64,000 nt of DNA from Planctomycetota bacterium (GCA_038227875.1 JBBRPR010000019.1:32001-96000), one strand, 5' to 3'. Positions 9,139-18,309 are shown, counted from the first letter of the stretch. Notes: generated by a model not told the origin, from the sequence alone. Made by a program: numbers and translations.

Positions 9139-9870
9139 ATGATTCAGCAAAAGGTAGAAATCCGTTTCGAGAAGGGTGAGGCGATCCGCTTCATCTCGCA
9201 CCATGACCTCATGCGCGCGTTGATGCGTGCAGTGCGCCGGGCGAAGTTGCCGGTGCGGCTGACCGAGGGATTCAACCCCCGGCCGCGCATCGTCTTTCCC
9301 GTGGCGCTCGAGGCTGGCGTCGCTTCCCTCGACGAAGCAGCGGAAATCGAATTGACTCAATGTCTAGCCACACAGGAAGTTTTCAGTCGTCTTTCCTCCG
9401 TCTTACCCCCGGGCATCCAGCTGAAGGCAGTGAAGGATCTTCCGCCGCGTCGGGCGGGACAGACTCCGATTCGGATTCAGTATCTTCTTCATCTGGTGGA
9501 AGCGGGGATTCAACTCCAAACGCTCCAACTGGAAAACCTGCTAAAAGCTCCAGCGCTGCCCTTCGAGCGACCAAGGGAAAAGCATCTGCAAAAAGTGGAT
9601 CTAAGGCCGGCGCTGCTCGCGCTAAGCCTAAATCCACAGGGAAATCTGCTGGTCGAAGTGAAGCCAAGCCCAAGCGGGTCAGTAAGACCGCTCGAAGTGC
9701 TAAGCCTGCTGCTGAACGTGCCGCTGGACGACGTGAAGCGAGTGCGCGTGACGAAGCTGCTCATGGAACTGCAGACGCCACCGGAACTGACGCCGGAACA
9801 GCAAACCGAACGCGAACTGCTGCTGCAGAGGGAACTCGACCGGGATCAGGAGCAGGAAGCGGAAGCGTAA
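9139..9870 (+). CDS. Radical SAM-linked protein (TIGR03936/DUF2344-like)
   Basis: RFEKG..RFISHHDLMR..RRAKLP..TEGFNPRPRI..AL..G..S..E, then LPPGI, VDLRP and GSVRP.EVL. Sits in the usual position upstream of rne/rng. Confidence 0.85.
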   Translation: MIQQKVEIRFEKGEAIRFISHHDLMRALMRAVRRAKLPVRLTEGFNPRPRIVFPVALEAGVASLDEAAEIELTQCLATQEVFSRLSSVLPPGIQLKAVKDLPPRRAGQTPIRIQYLLHLVEAGIQLQTLQLENLLKAPALPFERPREKHLQKVDLRPALLALSLNPQGNLLVEVKPSPSGSVRPLEVLSLLLNVPLDDVKRVRVTKLLMELQTPPELTPEQQTERELLLQRELDRDQEQEAEA

Positions 9871-12800
9871 CAACGCACGCTGCTCCGACTCAGGAATCCG
9901 CGCCGCCTGCTCCAGCACCGGTTCAACACACGCCGCCGGCCCCAGCGTCCCATTCGACGCCTTCATTCAACGAATCGGCCGCCGATGCACAGCCGGCTCC
10001 CATGCGCCCTAAGTCCGGCGACGTCGACGAATCGGCCGCCGATGCCGCCGCCGCCGCGCGCGCAGCACAGATTGTCGCCAGCATGATCGGCGTACCTCCC
10101 GGCGCGGCCGGTCCGCAGCAATTCCGCCCCGGAAGCCAACCTCGACCGGGCCAGGGTGGACCTGGACAGGGTCAACACCGGGGCCCCGGACAGGGCCAAG
10201 GCCAGATGGATGGCGGACGGCGTAAGCGTCGGCGGCGCGGACGCGGCGGTGACCGCTTCGCTCAGCCCGGCGGTTTGCCCGGCCAGCCCGGCCAACCTCG
10301 ACAGCCCGGAGTGCCTCAGGGCAACCGGCCTCCGCACCTGCCCCGCCCTCCGCACGTTTCGCCGCCGGTTTCCGGTGCCGTTACGCCTGACACGGGCACG
10401 CAGATATCCACACCCGTCGATCCTGCCGTCGTCATTACGCCACCGGCCGCTGTGATCATGGATACACAGAACGTTCACGCCGTCGATCTGAATGCGACGT
10501 CGTCCGTCGCGCCTGTATCCGCGCCGGCGCAGACGGGTCAGCCTTCGCAACAACTTCCGCGCCATCAGCAACCGCGGCGTGATCGGGATCCGCGCGACCG
10601 TGATCGGGATCGCGATCGCGACAGTGGCCAGGTTTCATTGCCCCCCGTGAAAAAAGTGGTGTTAATGAACGCCACCGATCCCGGCGAAATCCGCGTCGCG
10701 ATTCTTGAGAACGGTGAGCTCGCAGAAATTTTCATGGAACGCAAGAGCCGCGGGCAGCAGGCGGGCAACATTTATAAGGGCCGCGTGGTCAACGTGGAAC
10801 CGTCGCTTCAGGCGGCATTCGTCGATCTGGGCACGGAACGCAACGGCTTCTTGCACGCATCGGACTGCATTCCGCCCGACGGCGGCTACGGCGACATCCT
10901 GACAAAATTCAAGCCCGGCGCGGGCCGTCAACCGTTGCCGCCGCAGGCGCAGGTCCAGCAGCCGCAGCAGCAGCACCGAGGTCCGCGCGACCGGAACGAT
11001 CGCAACGCCGCGCGCCGTGAACAGTATCAGCAGCGCCGCGATGCGCAGCTGCCGGGTGGTGTGCCGCAATCCGCGCCCACCTCTCCAGCAATTTCGTCAC
11101 TGCCCTCGGCTCCGCCTGCCGATGCAGTCGCAGCCACAGCGCCAGTTTCTGTTCCGGTCACACCCGCTCCGGACGTCGACCCGACGGTGATTCGGATTGC
11201 TCGCCCCGGCGTTCCGTTGCCTCCCGCGCCAGCTCCGGTTGCACCGGCCGCGCCAGTTGATTCAACGTCAGCCGCAACGCCGACGGACGCGCCCGCTTCC
11301 GCGCAGGACGCCGCCCCCTCAAATCCTTCCACCCAGTCGTACGACTCGGATGAAGATGAAGACGAAGACGATCTCGAAGGCGGAGAAGGTGAAGGCGACG
11401 ACGACGAGGGCGATTCTGAACAGGGTGAAGGCGGCAACGCTGCGCCCATGATCGCCGGCCAAGGCGCGCCGGGAACTGGAATCGCGACAGGTCAGCCGCA
11501 GCACTCCGGCCAGCGCCCGCCGTTTGCCGCCAACAGTCAAAATGGTGGACGCCGCCGGCGCCGACGCCGTGGTGGACGCGGACGTTCCGGACGTGGCCGC
11601 CCGCCGGGTCCCGCGCCGATGATGGCCCCAAATCATGGCAATCCGGAAGGCTCCGGAAACGCCGACGCACCGCAAGGTGGTGACGTTCATCCCGTCACGC
11701 CTCCGGTTTCGAATCCGATTGTTGAAAAGCCGCCCGAAACTACGGCGCCCGCTCCCGTCATTGTTCCAGATGCTGCGCCCGAAGCCGTGCCCGTCAGCAG
11801 CAGCAACGAACCGGTCACGAGCGCGCCTGTGGCCACCGAAAGCAATTCCCCTTCACAGCCGGCGGAAGTGCCCGCCTCGGAACCGGCCGCACCTGAAGTT
11901 GTCGACGAAGAGTCCGAAACGGAAATCGATACCGATAACGTTCCGCCTGTGTCGAATGGTACCGGCGAAAGCGAAAGCGAATCCGAGAACGGCAATGAGT
12001 GGCATGAGCATCCCGTGAGCGAGGAAGCGCCGCCGACGGAGATTATCGTCCCGGAAAGCAAGCCCGCTCAGTCTCCGCGCGAAGCCGCGCCGATTCCCGC
12101 GCCGGGACAGCCCGCGCCGGTTCAGCAGCGCCGTCCGGACGGTGGCGGACGCAGCGGTCGCGACCGTGGCGATCGTCGCTACACGATTCAGGAAATGCTC
12201 CGCGAAGGCCAGGAAGTGCTCATTCAGGTCGCCAAGGAAGGCATTGGTCAGAAGGGCCCGGCGCTCACGACGTACCTGAGCATGCCCGGCCGTTACCTGG
12301 TATTGATGCCGGCCGTGCAGCGTCTGGGCGTTTCCAAGCGCATCGAGAACGAAGAGCAGCGCCGCGCCCTCAAGGACGCGCTCAACCAGCTCAACCCGCC
12401 CGACGACATGGGCGTGATCGTGCGCACCGCCGGCACGGGACGTTCGAAGGACGAACTGCAGCGCGACATGGATTACCTCGTCCGCGTCTGGGATACGTTG
12501 AAGAAGAAGGCGAAAGTTGCCCGCGCTCCCGCACTGATCTATCAGGAAGGCGACGTGGTGACGCGCGTCTTCCGCGACGTGATCACCGACGACGTGGCCG
12601 AGATCATCATCGACGATCCGGTGGTCGCTGACCGCGCCCGCGAATTCCTGCGCGAAAACGCGCCGGGAACGGAAGGCAAGGTCAAGCTCCACGCCGACGC
12701 CGAACCGCTGTTCCACAAGCTGGGCGTCGAACAGCAGCTCCAGCGCCTGTTCAACCGCAAGGTCAATCTGCGCAGCGGCGGCTCGATCGTAATCGAGCAG

Positions 12801-13445
12801 ACCGAAGCGTTGATCGCCATCGACGTGAACACCGGCCGCTTCCGCGAAAAGCGCAGCCAGGACGACACCATCCTGGCGACGAATCTCGAAGCCGCCCGCG
12901 AAATCGCGCGTCAGTTGCGGTTGCGGGACATCGGCGGCCTGGTGATGATCGACTTCATCGACATGGAACCGCACGAACACCGGCGCCGCGTCGAACGGGA
13001 ATTGAAGGCGCATCTGCAGCGCGACAAGGCCCGCATCAACGTGCTGCCGATCAGTTCGCTGGGCGTCGTGGAAATGACGCGCCAGCGCATCCGGCACAGC
13101 CTGCGCAAGACGCTCTTCGACCGCTGCCCGCATTGTTCAGGCTCGGGCCACGTGAAATCGGCCGAATCGCTGGGGCTGGAAATGCTCCGCGAAATCAAGG
13201 GGCAGTTGCGGGACGCAACGGTGAAGCGGGTGCTGGTGAAGGTGAATCCCGCGGTTGCCTTTGACATTTTGAACCAGTTCAGGAAAGATCTGGCACGTTT
13301 GGAAGAAACTCGCGGGATCGCCATTGAAGTCCGGGGGGACGGCACTGTGCCGTTAAGCCAGATCCAGGTTTCGACCGCCAAAGAGGGCGGCGAGTGGGTG
13401 CTCAAGAAAATAAGTGAGGTTGATGACTATGTACGCAATTCTTAA
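9360..13445 (+). CDS. rne: Ribonuclease E/G family, 1361 aa, with a long disordered N-terminus and an ~435-aa insertion in the S1 domain (start uncertain: 9360 or 10002)
   Basis: EIRVAILENG, GNIYKGRVVNVEPSLQAAFVD, QEVLIQVAKE...KGPALTT..S.PGRYLV, IDVNTG, RLRDIGGL..IDFIDM, CPHC Zn-link. Confidence 0.93.
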   Translation: MSSHTGSFQSSFLRLTPGHPAEGSEGSSAASGGTDSDSDSVSSSSGGSGDSTPNAPTGKPAKSSSAALRATKGKASAKSGSKAGAARAKPKSTGKSAGRSEAKPKRVSKTARSAKPAAERAAGRREASARDEAAHGTADATGTDAGTANRTRTAAAEGTRPGSGAGSGSVTTHAAPTQESAPPAPAPVQHTPPAPASHSTPSFNESAADAQPAPMRPKSGDVDESAADAAAAARAAQIVASMIGVPPGAAGPQQFRPGSQPRPGQGGPGQGQHRGPGQGQGQMDGGRRKRRRRGRGGDRFAQPGGLPGQPGQPRQPGVPQGNRPPHLPRPPHVSPPVSGAVTPDTGTQISTPVDPAVVITPPAAVIMDTQNVHAVDLNATSSVAPVSAPAQTGQPSQQLPRHQQPRRDRDPRDRDRDRDRDSGQVSLPPVKKVVLMNATDPGEIRVAILENGELAEIFMERKSRGQQAGNIYKGRVVNVEPSLQAAFVDLGTERNGFLHASDCIPPDGGYGDILTKFKPGAGRQPLPPQAQVQQPQQQHRGPRDRNDRNAARREQYQQRRDAQLPGGVPQSAPTSPAISSLPSAPPADAVAATAPVSVPVTPAPDVDPTVIRIARPGVPLPPAPAPVAPAAPVDSTSAATPTDAPASAQDAAPSNPSTQSYDSDEDEDEDDLEGGEGEGDDDEGDSEQGEGGNAAPMIAGQGAPGTGIATGQPQHSGQRPPFAANSQNGGRRRRRRRGGRGRSGRGRPPGPAPMMAPNHGNPEGSGNADAPQGGDVHPVTPPVSNPIVEKPPETTAPAPVIVPDAAPEAVPVSSSNEPVTSAPVATESNSPSQPAEVPASEPAAPEVVDEESETEIDTDNVPPVSNGTGESESESENGNEWHEHPVSEEAPPTEIIVPESKPAQSPREAAPIPAPGQPAPVQQRRPDGGGRSGRDRGDRRYTIQEMLREGQEVLIQVAKEGIGQKGPALTTYLSMPGRYLVLMPAVQRLGVSKRIENEEQRRALKDALNQLNPPDDMGVIVRTAGTGRSKDELQRDMDYLVRVWDTLKKKAKVARAPALIYQEGDVVTRVFRDVITDDVAEIIIDDPVVADRAREFLRENAPGTEGKVKLHADAEPLFHKLGVEQQLQRLFNRKVNLRSGGSIVIEQTEALIAIDVNTGRFREKRSQDDTILATNLEAAREIARQLRLRDIGGLVMIDFIDMEPHEHRRRVERELKAHLQRDKARINVLPISSLGVVEMTRQRIRHSLRKTLFDRCPHCSGSGHVKSAESLGLEMLREIKGQLRDATVKRVLVKVNPAVAFDILNQFRKDLARLEETRGIAIEVRGDGTVPLSQIQVSTAKEGGEWVLKKISEVDDYVRNS

Positions 13446-13743
13446 CGACCGCGGCCACCAGTACAAGGTTAAGGAGGGTGAACTCCTCCGCGTCGATCAG
13501 CTCAGCGCCGCCAAGGGCGCGGCGGTGACGTTCGACCAGGTGTTGCTGCTGGGCAAGGACGGTGGCAGCGTCACCGTCGGTTCGCCCAACGTCAGCGGCG
13601 CGAAGGTGACCGGCGTGGTGGAAGATCACGTCAAGGGCGAGAAGACCATCTCGCATCACCGCGTGCGCACCAACTCGCTGGGTACCCGGCGCGGCCACCG
13701 CACCAAGTACAGCCTGGTTCGCATCCAGAAAATTGTCGGCTAA
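13429..13743 (+). CDS. rplU: 50S ribosomal protein L21
   Basis: MYAIL...GHQYKVKEG...G.P.V.GAKV...RRGHR. SD GAGGT; overlaps the last 17 nt of rne. Confidence 0.93.
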   Translation: MYAILNDRGHQYKVKEGELLRVDQLSAAKGAAVTFDQVLLLGKDGGSVTVGSPNVSGAKVTGVVEDHVKGEKTISHHRVRTNSLGTRRGHRTKYSLVRIQKIVG

Positions 13744-13769
13744 ACCGCGGTTCGTACGTCCATACTTAC

Positions 13770-13847
13770 GCAGGCGGGACGCCTGCACCACAATTCCCGC
13801 AGGTGTAATGCCTGCAGCAAAAGTTGTGGTGCAGGCGTCCCGCCTGC
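13770..13847. repeat. Inverted REP doublet (GCAGGCGGGACGCCTGC family, GTGG foot)
   Basis: GCAGGCGGGACGCCTGCACCACAA ... TTGTGGTGCAGGCGTCCCGCCTGC. Confidence 0.8.
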
Positions 13848-13985
13848 ATAAACTTACCTTGGCCGCAGACGATTCTTGATTGGCTCTACCGGTCTCTGGC
13901 GGCTAAGTTGTAACGCAGGTCTTGACGTGCACGCGCGGGCGTGATAACAGGGGTTCTTCACAAGCTTTAGGGTGGGACCACCAGG

Positions 13986-16169
13986 ATGGCAGCACCTGCC
14001 GAAATCATAGTCACCGGTCCAGACGGCAGCGTCGCACGCTTTCCCGTCAAGGAACGCACGGTCATCGGACGGCACCCCGAGTGCGAAATTGTCCTGACCG
14101 ATCCGATGTCCTCGCGCCGCCATCTCATTGTCGAACGTTCCGCCGACGGCTTCACCGCTGAAGACAACAAGTCCGCCAACGGTTCAATCCTCAACGGCGA
14201 ACCGCTCAAGACCAAGGTCACGATCAAAAACGGCGACACGATGCAAATCGGGTCGACGATCATGGTGTTGCGCCTGGATGTCCCCGCCGCGCGCCCCTCA
14301 ACGCGGCAGCCTGCTGGGTACGAACAGAGCCTTTCGATCGTGCGGCTGGAGGAAGAATCGGCGGCCAACGTGCCGTCGTTCGACTTCGCGCAGAAGGCCG
14401 ACGCTTCGATGGTCTCCGAAGAAGAAGCCGCGACGTCCGATCCCGCGGCGCTCAAGCGCGTGACCGAACGCCTCAAGCTGCTGATCGACGTCAGCCAGTC
14501 GATGGGCACCTCGCTGGATCCCCAGAAGCTGCTGAACACCTGTCTTGAAAAATTGTTTGAAGTCTTTCCGCAGGCCGACCGCGGTCTGATCGTGCTGTAT
14601 GGTCCCGACGGCTCGCTGCCGGCCACGCTGGCGCCCGAGAAGGATCAGACGGCGACGCTGGACCGGCGCAAGAGCGCGATGACGCGCGTGAAACTGCGTC
14701 ACGCCCACTCGGCGCTCGACAACGAAATCAAGCTCTCTAAGACGGTGCTCAACCGCATCCGCACGCAACGCCAGTCGGTGCTGGTCTCCGACGCGGCGGC
14801 AGAATCCGGCGGCATGTCGCTGGCGAAATTCGAAATCAAGTCTTTGATGTGCGCCCCACTGCTGATCGGCACCGACGATCTGGGTTTCATCCAGCTGGAA
14901 ACCAAGAGCCGCCAGTCGCCCTTCAATCCGGAAGACCTGGGCGTGATGACCGCCGTCGCCGGACAGGTGGCCGTGGTGATCCGCAATTCCGATTTGGCGC
15001 TGGAAGCTGCCGCGGCCGCCGCGCAGAAGGAAAATTTGTCGCGATTCCTCTCGCCCAATCTCGTCGACCAAGTGCTGAAGGGCGCGCTTTCCGTCGAACT
15101 GGGCGGCACGGAAAAGAAGGGCACGATCTTCTTCTCCGATATCGTCAGCTTCACCAAACTGGCCAGCAAGATGAGCGCGCAGAACGTGGTGACGCTGCTC
15201 AACCGGTATTTCACGGTGATGCAGAACATCATTTTCCGCCGCGGCGGCTCGATCGACAAATGCGCCGGCGACAACATCATGGCGCATTGGGGCGTCGTCG
15301 GCGACATGCCCGACTTCACTGCCAGTGCCGTGACCTCGTCGGTGGAAATGCAGATCGCGCTCTTCCGCTTCAACCGCGACGAAACCCGCAAGGCCGAAAT
15401 TCAGCTCCCGACCGTGCCGCTGGGCCATGGCATTGGCTTGAACACCGGCATCGTCTGCGCCGGAAACATCGGGTCGGACCGCAAGATCGAATTCACCGTG
15501 ATCGGCGACGCGGTCAATCTCTCCGCGCGCATCGAAGCGATGGCCGGCCGTTTCCAGACGTTCATCGGCGAGCCGACGTACATGGAAATTCAAGACCGCC
15601 TGCTGTGCATCCGCATGCCCGATTGTCCGGCGAAGAACGTCGCCAATCTGCTGCCGGTGTACTCGGTGCGCGGCATTGTTCCGCCGCCGCTGGACGGAGA
15701 GAGCGCCGACACAAAGCACGAATTGCTGCTGGCCATGCCCTGCGTGATCAAGGGCGCCGATGGTCTGGCGGTTCCCGGCATGGTGACGCGCATCACGCCG
15801 GCGGCATCCGGTTCGGGCGGCGCGATCGTGATGCAGATTGAAAAGCACATTCCGCCGGGCACGCCCGTGGAATTGGAATGGGACGTCCCCGAAAAGCCGA
15901 CGCTCTCGAAGGTACCCGGCACCGTCGACAAGTGCCCGAAGGATCCTGAGCCGAACAAGGCGCTGACTGAAACGGCGCAGACGCCGGCAGCCACGGCGGC
16001 GAAGCATCATGATCACGTGAAGGGCTTCACCGCGATTCTCGGAGGCCCGATCGCTCCCGGCACGCTGGTAATGAAGACCGACGCGCTGCCTCCGGACGTT
16101 GCCGCAATCAAGGCTGGCGTGCTGATCCCGTCGGACCTGAAATCACACGAAGACATTGTTCGCGCGTAA
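13986..16169 (+). CDS. FHA-GAF-class III adenylate/guanylate cyclase
   Basis: FHA motifs IGRHPEC, SRRH and SANG; GAF motif SLMCAPL..LGFIQL; cyclase motifs FFSDIVSFT, IDKCAGD, GIGLNTG and FTVIGDAVNLSAR. Confidence 0.9.
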   Translation: MAAPAEIIVTGPDGSVARFPVKERTVIGRHPECEIVLTDPMSSRRHLIVERSADGFTAEDNKSANGSILNGEPLKTKVTIKNGDTMQIGSTIMVLRLDVPAARPSTRQPAGYEQSLSIVRLEEESAANVPSFDFAQKADASMVSEEEAATSDPAALKRVTERLKLLIDVSQSMGTSLDPQKLLNTCLEKLFEVFPQADRGLIVLYGPDGSLPATLAPEKDQTATLDRRKSAMTRVKLRHAHSALDNEIKLSKTVLNRIRTQRQSVLVSDAAAESGGMSLAKFEIKSLMCAPLLIGTDDLGFIQLETKSRQSPFNPEDLGVMTAVAGQVAVVIRNSDLALEAAAAAAQKENLSRFLSPNLVDQVLKGALSVELGGTEKKGTIFFSDIVSFTKLASKMSAQNVVTLLNRYFTVMQNIIFRRGGSIDKCAGDNIMAHWGVVGDMPDFTASAVTSSVEMQIALFRFNRDETRKAEIQLPTVPLGHGIGLNTGIVCAGNIGSDRKIEFTVIGDAVNLSARIEAMAGRFQTFIGEPTYMEIQDRLLCIRMPDCPAKNVANLLPVYSVRGIVPPPLDGESADTKHELLLAMPCVIKGADGLAVPGMVTRITPAASGSGGAIVMQIEKHIPPGTPVELEWDVPEKPTLSKVPGTVDKCPKDPEPNKALTETAQTPAATAAKHHDHVKGFTAILGGPIAPGTLVMKTDALPPDVAAIKAGVLIPSDLKSHEDIVRA

Positions 16170-16214
16170 CCGCGAAGGTGTCAGTATCTAGATTTTAGTG
16201 CTGGCTGTCCGAGT

Positions 16215-16643
16215 TCAGACTACATTTGCCAGCACCTGAAAATCATTGTAAGCGCCGCGTCGCTCCAATGCCTCTATTGTGCTACCCGCCAAATCGGGTT
16301 TGAACTCCATTAGCCATTGCTTGGTGTATCGAAAATTTCGCTCGAATGCGCCCGCGATCCTCATCTTCTCTAAAAATTCACCAAGCTTCTCAAGCTTCAT
16401 GGCTCGTTCAAGGCACCGGATTGCTGCGCAATAGCGTAACAAGCATTCCTCCGCGCAAGCTAAAAGACGCCACACTTCCTCCGTTGGCTCGTTATTTTCA
16501 ATATGGCGAATGAGGTCGGTTCTGACCGAATTCAGAAAAGGAAGTGCAGCAGCATTTGGTGCCCGGCGAGCATACGACGACTGCATCGATAGTTTTCGAC
16601 CGCGATTGAGCTGCTCGCGAATCTCATCCAAGCCATCATCCAT
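16215..16643 (-). CDS. Hypothetical protein (TPR-like helix plus DUF2695-like C-terminus), lower GC
   Basis: ATG 2 nt after the stop of the upstream gene. C-terminal RRGAYNDFQVLANVV resembles the GGYCDCEVL.N motif of DUF2695. Confidence 0.5.
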   Translation of the reverse strand: MDDGLDEIREQLNRGRKLSMQSSYARRAPNAAALPFLNSVRTDLIRHIENNEPTEEVWRLLACAEECLLRYCAAIRCLERAMKLEKLGEFLEKMRIAGAFERNFRYTKQWLMEFKPDLAGSTIEALERRGAYNDFQVLANVV

Positions 16644-16645
16644 TT

Positions 16646-17956
16646 TCACACCTTCGCCAACGCCCTGCCCAAGTCTCGGATCAAATCGTTCGCATCCTCC
16701 AGCCCGATCGACAATCGCACGCCGCCCGGGTCGATGCCTTCGCTGACCTGCTTCGGCAAGGGCACCGACGAATGGGTCATGCTTGAGGGATGTTCGATTA
16801 GCGTGCGCACCTGGCCCAGCGACACGGCCAGCGTGATCGTGTAGCTTTCGCGGGCGATGATGTCGATCAGTTTCTCGGCCAGTACGCGCGCCTTGGCGTG
16901 CGTGCCCTTCAGGATAAAATAGAGCAGCGTGCCGGGCGCGAAGTTGCCGTCGTAATCGGTCATCTGCTTGCGCGCCAGACCGTACTGCGGAAACGAAAGC
17001 AGGCCCGGGTACTTCACTTCCTTGACCTTCGGATGCTGCCCGAGGAAGACGGCCAGCGCCATCGCGGCCTGCTCCTGCTTCTTCACGCGCATCGCCAGCG
17101 TCGAGAGTCCATAGACGAGGATCGGCCAAGCGGCCTTGGGCGACAACACGCCGCCGAAATCCTTGCGGTACGAGAGCAGCGACGGCAGGTAACTTCGCGC
17201 GCCCACCACCACGCCGCCCATGTCGGTGCCGAAGCCGCAGATGTTCTTGGTGAGTGAATGGATCACGAGATCCGCGCCGTGTTCGATCGGGCGCTGGCAG
17301 AACGGCGAGGCGAAGGTGTTGTCGACGAGCACGTGGATGCGTTCGTGCGGCGGGCGTTCGGCGTTGGCGCGGCCGACCACGCGGCGCACGTGGGCCATGT
17401 CGATCAATTCTAGATTGGGATTCGACGGCGTTTCGAAATAGACGACGCGCGTGTTCTTACGGATGGCCTGCTCGAGTTCGCCTTCGCCGTTAAGATTGGA
17501 GAGCGTGACGTCGATCTTGTAGCGCGGCATCCAGTTGGCCAGCAGGCTGTAGGTCGAGCCGTAAATCACGCGGTGCGCGATGATGTGGTCGCCGGAGTTG
17601 GCGCAGATGCCCAGCGCCGCGGAGACGGCGGCCATGCCGCTGGCGAAAGTGACGGCGATCTCGCCGCGTTCGGCGGTGGCGAGAGCTTCTTCGAGCATGT
17701 CGCGAGTGGGTTCGCCGAGGCGGTCGTAAATGTAAATCGGCGCGCGTTTGGCATCGTCATCGCCTTCGGCGCCGAATTCCGCAAACCCGCGCGCACCACG
17801 GGCGGCGCTGTCGAGGCGGTAGGCCGTCGACGACGAGAGCGGCGGCACGACGTGGTGGCGATAATCCCAGTGCTTGTCCTTGCTGTTGCCATGGATCAGC
17901 AGGGTGGGCACGGAATAGAGAGGCGCGGCCGGTTTTTTGCGTGGTTTTTTTGCCAT
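16646..17956 (-). CDS. Cys/Met metabolism PLP-dependent enzyme (methionine gamma-lyase/cystathionine gamma-synthase-like)
   Basis: YIYDRLGEPT, FASGMAA, YFETPSNP, VDNTFASP, HSLTK (PLP lysine), AVSLG..TLIEHP.SMTH, RLSIGLE. Confidence 0.92.
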   Translation of the reverse strand: MAKKPRKKPAAPLYSVPTLLIHGNSKDKHWDYRHHVVPPLSSSTAYRLDSAARGARGFAEFGAEGDDDAKRAPIYIYDRLGEPTRDMLEEALATAERGEIAVTFASGMAAVSAALGICANSGDHIIAHRVIYGSTYSLLANWMPRYKIDVTLSNLNGEGELEQAIRKNTRVVYFETPSNPNLELIDMAHVRRVVGRANAERPPHERIHVLVDNTFASPFCQRPIEHGADLVIHSLTKNICGFGTDMGGVVVGARSYLPSLLSYRKDFGGVLSPKAAWPILVYGLSTLAMRVKKQEQAAMALAVFLGQHPKVKEVKYPGLLSFPQYGLARKQMTDYDGNFAPGTLLYFILKGTHAKARVLAEKLIDIIARESYTITLAVSLGQVRTLIEHPSSMTHSSVPLPKQVSEGIDPGGVRLSIGLEDANDLIRDLGRALAKV

Positions 17957-18008
17957 GTGTGGACTGTATCTGGATTTTCAGTTTTGCGAGTACAAAGCGC
18001 TGCGCGCG

Positions 18009-18036
18009 AGGGGTCAGGGGCCAGGGGTCAGGGGCC
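18009..18036. repeat. Heptamer tandem repeat (AGGGGYC)x4
   Basis: AGGGGTC AGGGGCC AGGGGTC AGGGGCC. Confidence 0.75.
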
Positions 18037-18105
18037 AGAGATAGGAACAGGGTTGCCAGAGTAGTCTGCGCCAATCGCGGTCGGCACAGTTAGCAAGAAA
18101 AGAGG

Positions 18106-18238
18106 ATATGACTAATTGGTCATATGCTGGAAATTAACCAGCGGCCAAATTTGAACGACCCTCAGGCAAATTTGCCTGACCCACTACTAATGGTAGAATT
18201 GTACCTGTGGAACACCTAGGCACCAATTGGTGCCCAGG
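18106..18238. repeat. Cluster of AATT-centred palindromes
   Basis: ATATGACTAATTGGTCATAT (18106-18125), TCAGGCAAATTTGCCTGA (18162-18179) and CCTAGGCACCAATTGGTGCCCAGG (18215-18238). Confidence 0.75.
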
Positions 18239-18309
18239 GAAAACGGGTAATCAGCTTTCAAACCTTTTCCCAGCGCGTGCATTTTGAAATTTTAATTTTG
18301 AATTGCCGT

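Noticed and set aside
9639..9645. G_GGA_AAT slippery heptamer as a -1 frameshift fusing DUF2344 to RNase E
   Set aside because: The dual-coding signal starts about 280 nt earlier at an ATG, the heptamer is not the typical bacterial A_AAA_AAG, and I see no stimulator. Not strictly excluded.
16644..17129. N-terminal extension of the 304-aa minus-strand ORF overlapping the PLP lyase
   Set aside because: Off-frame shadow with no compositional or codon signal; a start at 16643 fits better.
18009..18238. CRISPR array
   Set aside because: There are no identical repeats with regular spacers and no cas genes.
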